A DNA stretch of 64,000 nucleotides from a virus (Duplodnaviria > Caudoviricetes). The DNA lies in IMG/VR virus record IMGVR_UViG_3300044297_000138, positions 1 to 64,000 of that record, one strand, 5' to 3'. Shown here piece after piece: positions 50,479 through 59,438 of the stretch (position 1 is its first letter; every line of letters starts with the position of its first letter). A program made the translations under genes and the position numbers. The notes beneath the pieces were generated by a model. It worked only from the letters and a program-made list of their open reading frames with translations, searched no databases and had not been told where the DNA came from.

Positions 50479-51363
50479 ATGCCAATTACAATTGGATCAG
50501 GTATCACACTTGGTGCCTTCAATTTAACTCTGCTGCCTAATGGTTGGAGCGCAACACCACCAACAGTAGAGTACTTGGTTGTTGCTGGCGGTGGACCTGG
50601 CGGTGGCCACTATGGTGGTGGCGGCGGTGCAGGCGGATATCTAACTGGAACTTTATCAGTTAACCCAAGTACACCCTACACAATTACTATTGGTGGCGGT
50701 GGAACATCAGTTAGTGGTGGTGGCACAAAAGGTACCAACGGTTCAAACTCAGTTTTTGCAACAGTTACAACTATAGGTGGCGGTGCCGGCGGTTCAAGAG
50801 ACGGTAATTTCGCTGGAAACAGCGGAGGATCAGGTGGAGGTGGTGGCGGTGATGATACTGATCCTGCTGGTGGTTCTGGCACAGTTAGCCAAGGCAATAA
50901 TGGAGGTCAAGGTAATGGTACCGGAACAACAGCATCAATCGGCGGCGGCGGAGGTGGTGCCGGAGCAGTTGGTAGTCCTGGTGTTGGCATAAGTTCAGGT
51001 ACTTCAGCTGGCGGTGTCGGTTTACAATCAAGTATTAGTGGCAGTGCTACATACTATGCAGGCGGCGGTGGCGGTGGTTCACAAGCTACTACAGCCGGTG
51101 CCGGTGGCAATGGTGGCGGCGGAACCGGTGGGTTTAATGCCGGCAATGGTACAGCAGGAACAACAAATACTGGCGGTGGCGGCGGCGGTGCTGGTCAGTC
51201 TGGTTCTGGATCAGCGTCTGGTGCAGGTGGATCTGGTGTTGTTATCATTCGTTATGCAGATTCTTATCCGGCCGCAACAAGTACCACAGGTACGCCAACA
51301 ATTACAGTTGCTGGTGGTTACAGAGTATACAAATTTACCGGATCAGGTTCAATTACGTTCTGA
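50479..51363 (+). CDS. Glycine-rich adhesin-like protein 4
   Basis: Leader MPITIGSGI; VEYLVVAGGG; ends YKFTGSGSITF. Confidence 0.8.
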   Translation: MPITIGSGITLGAFNLTLLPNGWSATPPTVEYLVVAGGGPGGGHYGGGGGAGGYLTGTLSVNPSTPYTITIGGGGTSVSGGGTKGTNGSNSVFATVTTIGGGAGGSRDGNFAGNSGGSGGGGGGDDTDPAGGSGTVSQGNNGGQGNGTGTTASIGGGGGGAGAVGSPGVGISSGTSAGGVGLQSSISGSATYYAGGGGGGSQATTAGAGGNGGGGTGGFNAGNGTAGTTNTGGGGGGAGQSGSGSASGAGGSGVVIIRYADSYPAATSTTGTPTITVAGGYRVYKFTGSGSITF

Positions 51364-51380
51364 TGAATTAGGAAATAAAG

Positions 51381-52181
51381 ATGGCTTTTAATATTGGACC
51401 AGGAATATCATTCGGCAATTTAAATATTACTGTATTGCCTAATGGGTATTCAAGTACAGTTTCAATTAACTATTTGATTGTAGCTGGTGGTGGCAGTTCA
51501 AGTTGGGGTGGGGGTGCTGGCGGCGGCCTAGTATATTCATCAACAGCAACAACATTAAACACAGGAACAACCTATAATATAGTTGTTGGTGCTGGCGGCA
51601 CTTCTGGTACCGATGGTAGCGACTCAACTTTTTTAGGTTGTACCGCAACAGGTGGCGGCCGAGGAGGCGCCAGCACCGGGTTTAGTGGAGGTTCTGGTGG
51701 AGGAGGAGGTGTAAATTCTCCTCGTACAGGCGGATCATCAACACAAACCACAAGTTATCCATCAGTTAATGGCGTTGGATTAGGTAATATTGGTGGTAAC
51801 GGTGCCGCTGGCGTGCTACTTGGAGGCGGCGGTGGTGGTGCTGGTGCAGCTGGAGGTGACGCCTCAGATCCCGTTTCTGGATCTGGCGGAAATGGTTATC
51901 AATCGTCAATTACCGGAACCGCCCTGTATTATGCAGGCGGCGGTGCAGGAGGATATAGTGGCAGTGGAAAAAGTGGTGGTGGTGGAGGATTAGGATCCGT
52001 ATCCAACTTACATAACGCCGGAGGTGGTGCTAATGGATCATCAGGTAATGGCGGTGCTGGAGTTGTTATTATATCGGCACCGTCTAGTGCTGTTGCTGTT
52101 ACTACTGGTTCACCAACAATAACCACATCTGGCGCAAATAAAATATATAAATTCACCGGTTCAGGTTCAATTACATTCTAA
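51381..52181 (+). CDS. Glycine-rich adhesin-like protein 5
   Basis: Leader MAFNIGPGI; ends YKFTGSGSITF. Confidence 0.8.
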   Translation: MAFNIGPGISFGNLNITVLPNGYSSTVSINYLIVAGGGSSSWGGGAGGGLVYSSTATTLNTGTTYNIVVGAGGTSGTDGSDSTFLGCTATGGGRGGASTGFSGGSGGGGGVNSPRTGGSSTQTTSYPSVNGVGLGNIGGNGAAGVLLGGGGGGAGAAGGDASDPVSGSGGNGYQSSITGTALYYAGGGAGGYSGSGKSGGGGGLGSVSNLHNAGGGANGSSGNGGAGVVIISAPSSAVAVTTGSPTITTSGANKIYKFTGSGSITF

Positions 52182-52199
52182 TGATTTAAGGAAAATATA

Positions 52200-53051
52200 A
52201 TGTCAATAGTAATAGGACCAGGAATCGCATGGAGTTCAGGCGTTCAAATACTAGCAGAAATAACAGCACCATTATTAATAGATTATTTGGTGGTTGCTGG
52301 TGGCGGAGGTGGAGGCAGCGGAGCTTCAGCAGCTGACAACGGTGGCGGAGGTGGTGCTGGAGGTTATCTTTCAGCCACCTCATATTCTGCCAATCAAGGT
52401 TCAAGTTTTACTGTAACTGTTGGCGCAGGCGGCGCAGCAAACGCAGCCGGTTCAAATAGTGTCTTTGGAATATTTACCGCAATAGGTGGAGGCCTTGGCG
52501 GCGGCCAAGCCAATCATAATGGTGGCAACGGTGGTTCAGGTGGTGGTGGCGGTCCAAATGCTGCAGGTAGAGCTGCTGGTTTGGGTACAGCAGGACAAGG
52601 AAATAATGGTGCAGCTGGTAATCCAAACAATCCGTTTCAAGGCGGCGGTGGAGGTGGCGCTGGCCAAGCAGGGAACACCAATGGTACAGGTTATGGTGGT
52701 AACGGACTACAAACGTCAATAAGCGGAACTGCAACTTATTATGCCGGCGGTGGTGGCGGCGGCGCTGATGCATCTCCAGGATCAGGCGGATTAGGTGGTG
52801 GCGGATCAGGTGTTGTTTACAGTAGCGGTGTTGGCGGAGGTGCTGGCACAGTTAACACTGGCGGTGGAGGAGGCGGCGGTGCATCACAAGGTAGTTCTAT
52901 TCCTGGTGGAGCTGGCGGATCAGGAATTGTAATTGTTCGTTATGCAGACAGCTATCCAGCAGCAACTTCTACAACAGGTTCACCTACTGTAACCGTTTCT
53001 GGCGGGTACAGAATATATAAATTCACCAGCTCAGGTTCAATTACTTTTTGA
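52200..53051 (+). CDS. Glycine-rich adhesin-like protein 6
   Basis: Leader MSIVIGPGI; ends YKFTSSGSITF. Confidence 0.8.
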   Translation: MSIVIGPGIAWSSGVQILAEITAPLLIDYLVVAGGGGGGSGASAADNGGGGGAGGYLSATSYSANQGSSFTVTVGAGGAANAAGSNSVFGIFTAIGGGLGGGQANHNGGNGGSGGGGGPNAAGRAAGLGTAGQGNNGAAGNPNNPFQGGGGGGAGQAGNTNGTGYGGNGLQTSISGTATYYAGGGGGGADASPGSGGLGGGGSGVVYSSGVGGGAGTVNTGGGGGGGASQGSSIPGGAGGSGIVIVRYADSYPAATSTTGSPTVTVSGGYRIYKFTSSGSITF

Positions 53052-53066
53052 TAATTAGGAAAAATA

Positions 53067-53951
53067 ATGGCATTAGTAATAACAGGCGGAGTTTCTTGGA
53101 GTACAGGTATTAATATAATATCTGAAACATCTCCAGCTTCAGCACCACCAACAGTAGAATATCTTGTTGTTGCTGGTGGAGGCGGTGGCGGATGGTATTG
53201 GGGGGGTGGAGGCGGAGCCGGTGGATATAGAACTGCTGCTGGTTATTCTGTTTCTGGTGGCACAACTTATACTGTTACAGTTGGTGCAGGCGGCGCAAAA
53301 CGAGCTGCAGGAGCGAATTCGGTATTTGATACAATAACATCAACTGGTGGAGGACCAGGCCAAAACGGCGGCAGCGATTTAGGTGCTGCCAGACCAGCTC
53401 CAGGTGGTTCAGGCGGCGGCGCATCATTTTACAACGGTAGAGGTGGTTTGGGAAATACACCTTCAACTTCACCATCTCAGGGTTATAACGGTGGAGATAC
53501 GAATAATCCAGGTTACGGTACTGGCGCTGGTGGCGGTGGGGCAGGCGCCGTTGGAGGAAGCGTAACTGGTGCTGGGCCAGCAGGAAACGGTGGTATAGGT
53601 GTACAATCAAGCATATCAGGAACTGCAACATATTATGCAGGAGGCGGTGGCGGTGGAATAGAATCTGGTAGTAACAGTGCTGGAACAGGCGGATCAGGTA
53701 TCGGCGGTAATGGCGGCAAAGATGGCGGATCTAATGCCACCGCTGGAGCGACAAACACAGGTAGTGGAGGCGGAGGTGCCGGTAGTGGCGGAGCCGCAAC
53801 AGAAACGGGTTTAGGTGGTTCCGGTGTTGTGATCGTTCGTTATGCAGATAGCTATCCAGCAGCAACTTCTACAACAGGTTCACCTACTATAACAGTTGCT
53901 GGTGGTTATAGAGTATATAAATTCACCAGCTCAGGTTCAATTACATTCTAA
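53067..53951 (+). CDS. Glycine-rich adhesin-like protein 7
   Basis: Leader MALVITGGV; ends YKFTSSGSITF. Confidence 0.8.
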   Translation: MALVITGGVSWSTGINIISETSPASAPPTVEYLVVAGGGGGGWYWGGGGGAGGYRTAAGYSVSGGTTYTVTVGAGGAKRAAGANSVFDTITSTGGGPGQNGGSDLGAARPAPGGSGGGASFYNGRGGLGNTPSTSPSQGYNGGDTNNPGYGTGAGGGGAGAVGGSVTGAGPAGNGGIGVQSSISGTATYYAGGGGGGIESGSNSAGTGGSGIGGNGGKDGGSNATAGATNTGSGGGGAGSGGAATETGLGGSGVVIVRYADSYPAATSTTGSPTITVAGGYRVYKFTSSGSITF

Positions 53952-53960
53952 AGGTTTGAA

Positions 53961-54833
53961 ATGGGTATTACGATAGGGCCAAATATTACAATAGGACCAA
54001 GAATTCTGATTGATGAAGTGCCAACAGGTCAAGCAGAATACACGACAGCCGGAACTTATACATGGACTGCACCAACGGGTGTAAAAAGTGTTTGTGTGGT
54101 CTGCGTTGGTGGAGGCGGTGGCGGTGGATGGAATACAGGTGCAAGTTATAGTGGCGGCGGTGGTGCTGGCGGCGGCCTTGGATGGAAAAATAATATAGCA
54201 GTAATCCCTGGACAAAGTTATACTGTTGTAGTAGGTGCCGCTGGCAGCGGCAAGAATGGCTCAAGTCCAGGAGGATTTGGAAGTCAAAAAGACGGTGATC
54301 CTGGCGGTAATAGTTACTTTATAAATTCCTCAACAGTTGCAGGCCTTGGCGGCGCCGGCGGCATGGGTCGGCACGATTCTACAACTGTTTCAGGTGGCAC
54401 TTATGTAGGTGATGGAGGAGGCAACGGTGGAGATACTCTTCCTGCTGCAAATCTAAACGGAAGCGCTGGAGCTGGTGGTTATTCTGGTAATGGTGGTGCC
54501 GGCTGTACTTCCGGAACCAGTGGTAACGGCAGTGGTGGAGGTGGAGGTGGTTCTCGGGATAAAGCCGGCGGGGGTGTAGGAATATATGGTCAAGGGACAA
54601 GTGGAAGTGTGGCTACCACTATAGGTGGTGGCGGCGGTTCTGGTGGCAGTGATGGTGGAACGGGAACTGGTAGTCTTGCTGGTTTCGGTGGAAGTTATGG
54701 TGGTGGCGGGGGAGGATTGAACACCAGCGATAGCACACCAAGTTATAAATCAGGCGATGGCGGCGGTGGAGCAGTACGTATTATTTGGGGCACAGGCCGA
54801 GCATTCCCATCTACACTCACAACAAATCAATAA
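53961..54833 (+). CDS. Glycine-rich adhesin-like protein 8
   Basis: YTT.GTY.WTAP.G..SVC.VCVG; GLGWKNNI; ends VRIIWG.GRAFPSTLTTNQ. Confidence 0.8.
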   Translation: MGITIGPNITIGPRILIDEVPTGQAEYTTAGTYTWTAPTGVKSVCVVCVGGGGGGGWNTGASYSGGGGAGGGLGWKNNIAVIPGQSYTVVVGAAGSGKNGSSPGGFGSQKDGDPGGNSYFINSSTVAGLGGAGGMGRHDSTTVSGGTYVGDGGGNGGDTLPAANLNGSAGAGGYSGNGGAGCTSGTSGNGSGGGGGGSRDKAGGGVGIYGQGTSGSVATTIGGGGGSGGSDGGTGTGSLAGFGGSYGGGGGGLNTSDSTPSYKSGDGGGGAVRIIWGTGRAFPSTLTTNQ

Positions 54834-54857
54834 CATAATTTATAATAGAAAAACAAT

Positions 54858-55691
54858 ATGCCTCTGACAATAGGTTCATCCATAACAATTGGTTCAAATA
54901 TAATTTTTGGAACTTTAAACGGACAAGCTGCATATACAACACCAGGAACTTATTCATGGACTGCACCAGCCGGAATTACCAGTGTTTGTGCGGTCTGTGT
55001 TGGTGCTGGTGGCGGAGGAGCAGGTAGTAACGGCGGAGGAGGTAGCTGGTCCGGTGGAGGCGGTGGCGGCCTTGGTTGGAAAAATAACATCTCTGTAACA
55101 CCCGGTCAATCTTATACTGTAGTGGTAGGCGCCGGTGGTACAGGAGGAAGCAATAGCGGTCAAGCTGGTAATGCTGGAGGAAATAGTTACTTTATTGACA
55201 CAAGTACTGTCGTTGGATTTGGTGGCACAGGCGGACCTAGAGGCGGAAGTGCTAGTGGCGGTTCTTATGTAGGTGATGGTGGCGGTGCTGGCGGTTCATC
55301 AAATGGTGGTCCTGCTGGCGGAGCAGGTGGATATTCTGGCGCAGGTGGAAATGCAACATCCAATGCTGCTTCAGGTTCTGGCGGCGGTGGCGGCGGTGGA
55401 TATAATGCAGTTGGTAGCGGTGGCGGCGGCGGCGGTGTAGGAATTTATGGCAAAGGATCAGACGGCACCGGTGCCGGTAATAGCGGCACCGCTATTATTC
55501 CCGGAGGCGGAGGAGGTTCGGGTGGCACAAACGGCGGAAGTGGTAGTTCTGTTACTAGTGATGGCGGTGTCTATGGCGCCGGAGGTGGCGGTTCCGGTTA
55601 TGCCTCGGGCGGCGTAGGTGGTGGTGGAGCCGTTCGTATCATTTGGGGTGCAGGCAGAGCTTTCCCATCCACACTTACAACAGATCAGTAA
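54858..55691 (+). CDS. Glycine-rich adhesin-like protein 9
   Basis: Paralog of 53961; ends GRAFPSTLTTDQ. Confidence 0.8.
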   Translation: MPLTIGSSITIGSNIIFGTLNGQAAYTTPGTYSWTAPAGITSVCAVCVGAGGGGAGSNGGGGSWSGGGGGGLGWKNNISVTPGQSYTVVVGAGGTGGSNSGQAGNAGGNSYFIDTSTVVGFGGTGGPRGGSASGGSYVGDGGGAGGSSNGGPAGGAGGYSGAGGNATSNAASGSGGGGGGGYNAVGSGGGGGGVGIYGKGSDGTGAGNSGTAIIPGGGGGSGGTNGGSGSSVTSDGGVYGAGGGGSGYASGGVGGGGAVRIIWGAGRAFPSTLTTDQ

Positions 55692-55715
55692 TATAAATTA
55701 TAATAAAAAACTAAT

Positions 55716-56681
55716 ATGGCTTTATCTTTTGGACCAGGAATTTCTATTGGACAATTAAATGTCAATATAACCTATGATCTTTCACCAATAGGTCAGGTTG
55801 CATACACGACACCAGGAACCTATTCATGGACAGCACCAGCAGGTGTTACAAGTGTTTGTGTAGTCTGTGTTGGTGGCGGCGGTAGTGGAGCATGGCAAAC
55901 CAATGCAATATCACCTCAAGGTGGATCAGGTGGAGGACTTGGTTGGAAAAATAATATTGCAGTTACTCCTGGACAAAGTTATACAGTAGTTGTTGGTGCT
56001 GGTGGAGCCGCAGTAAACAACACTAACGTTATTAGCCCTCCGTACAGCGGTTCATCAAGTGCCAGATATGGATTTAATGGAGGAGATAGTTATTTCATTG
56101 ATACTTCTACAGTTGCTGGATTTGCTGGTACAGGAGGACAAAGAGATTCAGGTACTAATATAACAGCATATGGTGGTGGTTATGTTGGTGATGGCGGCGG
56201 CAATGGTGGAAATTGTGCGCCTAATTCTGGATCTGGAGGTGGCAGCGGCGCAGGAGGATATGCTGGAAATGGAGGTAATGCTGGTTATACTCAAAGTTCT
56301 GCATCAAGTTATCTTAATTCTAGAGGATTAGCAGGAACAGGTGGTGCCGGTGGTGGCGGAGCTGTTGGTATTGTTGGTAATGGTGGCCAAGGTGGTGGTG
56401 GAGGCGGCGTAGGAATATACGGTCAAGGAAATTCAGGTGCTGCATCAAACTATGATTCAGTAAGTGGTTATGGAGGAAATGGTGGTAGTGGTGGTGGTAA
56501 TGGAACCACAGGAGCAACATCAAAAGGTGGTGATGGTGGTGGTTATGGAGCTGGTGGCGGCGCAATGAGAACTGGCAGCGGCACTCCACAATACTTATCT
56601 GGCGCTGGTGGTGGCGGAGCAGTACGAATTATTTGGGGACCAGGTAGAGCATTCCCATCTACACTCACAACAGACCAATAA
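55716..56681 (+). CDS. Glycine-rich adhesin-like protein 10
   Basis: Paralog of 53961; ends GRAFPSTLTTDQ. Confidence 0.8.
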   Translation: MALSFGPGISIGQLNVNITYDLSPIGQVAYTTPGTYSWTAPAGVTSVCVVCVGGGGSGAWQTNAISPQGGSGGGLGWKNNIAVTPGQSYTVVVGAGGAAVNNTNVISPPYSGSSSARYGFNGGDSYFIDTSTVAGFAGTGGQRDSGTNITAYGGGYVGDGGGNGGNCAPNSGSGGGSGAGGYAGNGGNAGYTQSSASSYLNSRGLAGTGGAGGGGAVGIVGNGGQGGGGGGVGIYGQGNSGAASNYDSVSGYGGNGGSGGGNGTTGATSKGGDGGGYGAGGGAMRTGSGTPQYLSGAGGGGAVRIIWGPGRAFPSTLTTDQ

Positions 56682-56740
56682 TAAAAACCATATTTGGATT
56701 TAAACCTAAATAGTTTAATACATTTGGGGATAATCAAAAC

Positions 56741-57514
56741 ATGTCTACAATTACAACAAGAACACAATTTAAAGATTATTGTTTACGCCGTCTTGGATTT
56801 CCAGTAATTGATATCAACGTAGATGATGACCAGGTGGATGATCGTATTGATGATGCCATTCAATATTGGCAAGATTACCATTTTGATGGTATGCAAAAAG
56901 TATATTACATTCACACCGTAACACAAGAAGATATTGACAACAAATATCTTGATATGTCTAACATCACAGACACATCAAATAACGCAACAACAGTTCTTGG
57001 TGTAACAAGAATGTTTCCAATTCAAGATTCTCAAGCAACAATCAACATGTTTGATTTGAGATACCAGTTACGTTTGAATGAATTGTACGACTTCACATCG
57101 GCTTCATACATCAACTACACACTCACACAACAACATCTGCGTTCATTGGAAATTATGTTTACTGGTGAAACACCAATTCGTTTCCAAAGACACATGCAAA
57201 GATTGTTTATTGATTGGGCTTGGGGTTCATCACAGGCACCAGTCGGAACAGTTTCAGTATTAGAGTGTTATACAACATTAAATCCGGATTTTTATGGCCA
57301 AGTATACAATGATCGTTGGCTAAAAGAATATGCAACAGAATTGATTCGTAAACAATGGGGTTCCAATCTTAAAAAGTTTGGTGGAATTCAACTGCCTGGT
57401 GGTGTGGTACTGAATGGCGATAAAATTTATGAAGATGCTGAAACAGAAATTCGCCGTTTAGAACAAGAGATGGAAAACAATTACGGCGGTGTATTGGAAT
57501 TCTTCCTGAACTAA
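56741..57514 (+). CDS. gp13: Neck protein
   Basis: YCLRRLG.PVI.INVDDDQV.DRIDDA.Q....YHFDG, WLK.Y....I..QWG.NL.KF.G.QLPGGV.LNG. Confidence 0.92.
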   Translation: MSTITTRTQFKDYCLRRLGFPVIDINVDDDQVDDRIDDAIQYWQDYHFDGMQKVYYIHTVTQEDIDNKYLDMSNITDTSNNATTVLGVTRMFPIQDSQATINMFDLRYQLRLNELYDFTSASYINYTLTQQHLRSLEIMFTGETPIRFQRHMQRLFIDWAWGSSQAPVGTVSVLECYTTLNPDFYGQVYNDRWLKEYATELIRKQWGSNLKKFGGIQLPGGVVLNGDKIYEDAETEIRRLEQEMENNYGGVLEFFLN

Positions 57515-57515
57515 T

Positions 57516-58406
57516 ATGGCAACATCAGTATATTTTAATAACTACAACTCCGCAAAAGAACAACATGTTGTGGAGGACTTGATTGTTGAATCAATCAAGA
57601 TTATGGGTTTTGACGCCTATTACATTCCTATTTTCAACGAAGAAGATAGAGACATTCTTTATGGTGAAGATCCGGTTAAGAAATTTAAATCGGCTTTCCC
57701 TGTTGAAATGTATTTGTCAAGTGCATTAGAATACGGTGGCGAAAGAGAATTCTTCTCCAAGTTTGGTTTAGAAATTAAAAATAATATAACTGTTATTCTT
57801 TCTAAACGTTCTTTTTCACAAAGAGTACCACAAGAACACTTCACAAGACCAAGAGAAGGTGATTTGATTTATGTTCCTTTCTTGTATGGTACTGGTGAAA
57901 TGTTTGAAATTAAATTTGCCGACCACACGAAAGACTTCTTTACATTAGGTCGCAAAATTCCATATTTCTATGAATTGCAACTAGAGAAGTTCAAGTATTC
58001 ACAAGAAGTTGTGGATACTGGTGTTGATGTTATTGATGATATAGTTACTCAATCTAGTTACACGATTGAACTGAATGTTGTTGATGGTGCAAATAATTAT
58101 ACACAAAGAGAAATTGTTTATCAGGCACCAGATTTAACACATGCAAACGCTACTGTTGTTGCTATCGTACAAAGTTGGAAGAATTATGCAAACGGCCAAG
58201 GCTTATTGAGTGTTACAAATATCTCAGGTGAATTTGTTGACGGTCTACCAATTGTTGGTGCAGATAGCCAAACAAATTGGATTTTAGATAATTATGACCA
58301 TCTAAAAGACAGTACCAGAAACGAAACATACGACAACATGTATATGGATAATCAGGCAAACAATATCATTGATTTTACGGAAATTAATCCATTTGGAAAA
58401 ATTTAA
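57516..58406 (+). CDS. gp14: Neck protein
   Basis: EQ..VEDL..ESIK..G, GED....F, SKFGLEI, RP.EGDLIY.P, FEIKF, DFTE.NPFG. Confidence 0.92.
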   Translation: MATSVYFNNYNSAKEQHVVEDLIVESIKIMGFDAYYIPIFNEEDRDILYGEDPVKKFKSAFPVEMYLSSALEYGGEREFFSKFGLEIKNNITVILSKRSFSQRVPQEHFTRPREGDLIYVPFLYGTGEMFEIKFADHTKDFFTLGRKIPYFYELQLEKFKYSQEVVDTGVDVIDDIVTQSSYTIELNVVDGANNYTQREIVYQAPDLTHANATVVAIVQSWKNYANGQGLLSVTNISGEFVDGLPIVGADSQTNWILDNYDHLKDSTRNETYDNMYMDNQANNIIDFTEINPFGKI

Positions 58407-59437
58407 TGGCAGCAATACAATATAACCGAATCATTCGTAAATTGGTTGTAGGTTTTGGCAACCTATTCAACGATATAAAATTGGTCAGATATAATCCAGA
58501 TTTGACTGAAGCGGAACGTTTTCTAATTCCTATTGCATATGCAACCAAGGAAAGATATGTCATGCGTTTGGAAGATGACTTGAATTTAGATAAAAAGGTT
58601 CAAGTGGCATTACCAAGAATGTCTTTTGAAATGACAGGTATGAATTATGATACATCAAGAAAACAAAACACAAATATAAGAAATTATACACAAACAGCAA
58701 ATGGTGCTGTTGGCCAATATAATCCTGTACCATATGATTTTGATTTTAGTTTGTATCTATATGTCAGAAACATAGAAGATGCAACACAAGTATTGGAACA
58801 TGTTTTGCCATTCTTCACACCAGATTATACGATGAAGTTAAATTTGATTCCTGAAATGGGTGTGGTGAAAGAAGTGCCTGTTATATTCAAAGATGCAGAC
58901 CATGAAATCATTTATGAAGGTGATCGTAATCAAGAAACCAGAATGATTATTTGGACACTTAGATTTACCGTCAAGGGTTTCATATATGGAAAAACATCAA
59001 GTGCAAACATTATAACACATTCAATCACCAACATATACAATAAAATATCACCAGACGATGTAATATCATTTACTGTTGATCCAAATTCAGGTGCTGGAAA
59101 TTATCAAGCCGGTGAAATAGTATATCAAGGTTACTCTTATCAAACAAGTACAGCATCAGCAAGAGTTGTTTCTTGGAATAATAATACACTAAGATTGACA
59201 GATATAAATGGAAACTTTGTTTCTGATTCTCCTATATACGGCATAAACAATTTGGCAAACTATATGTTTGTTTCATACACACCAGAAACATTTGAATATG
59301 CAAGAATTGATGCATATGCAAATCAACCACCGGTTGTTAAGATTGATGATACAGAATATACGATGGATAATTCCAATACACATATAACAATGGATAAGAT
59401 TAACACACCATCCGTAACGATAACAGAGAGCAATTAA
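58406..59437 (+). CDS. gp15: Tail sheath stabiliser/terminator with C-terminal extension
   Basis: IRK.VV.FG.LFN.I, P.AY..KE, LPRMSFE.....YD..RK, PVPY, EHVLPFF.P, WTL.FT.KG..YG. Confidence 0.9.
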   Translation: MAAIQYNRIIRKLVVGFGNLFNDIKLVRYNPDLTEAERFLIPIAYATKERYVMRLEDDLNLDKKVQVALPRMSFEMTGMNYDTSRKQNTNIRNYTQTANGAVGQYNPVPYDFDFSLYLYVRNIEDATQVLEHVLPFFTPDYTMKLNLIPEMGVVKEVPVIFKDADHEIIYEGDRNQETRMIIWTLRFTVKGFIYGKTSSANIITHSITNIYNKISPDDVISFTVDPNSGAGNYQAGEIVYQGYSYQTSTASARVVSWNNNTLRLTDINGNFVSDSPIYGINNLANYMFVSYTPETFEYARIDAYANQPPVVKIDDTEYTMDNSNTHITMDKINTPSVTITESN

Positions 59438-59438
59438 A

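Noticed and set aside
46672-56589. Many alternate-frame and antisense ORFs (poly-Pro, His/Arg-rich, Val/Ala-rich)
   Set aside because: Expected shadows of GGN-rich, stop-poor sequence; no RBS or recognisable motifs.
30821-56681. Diversity-generating retroelement, suggested by Mtd_N-like domains and repeated 3' ends
   Set aside because: No reverse transcriptase or non-coding template repeat in the window; differences between repeats are not adenine-specific (e.g. gac/gat). One elsewhere in the genome cannot be excluded.
46356-56681. Shufflon or invertible tail-fibre cassette
   Set aside because: All paralogs are complete, co-oriented genes; no recombinase or flanking inverted repeats seen.
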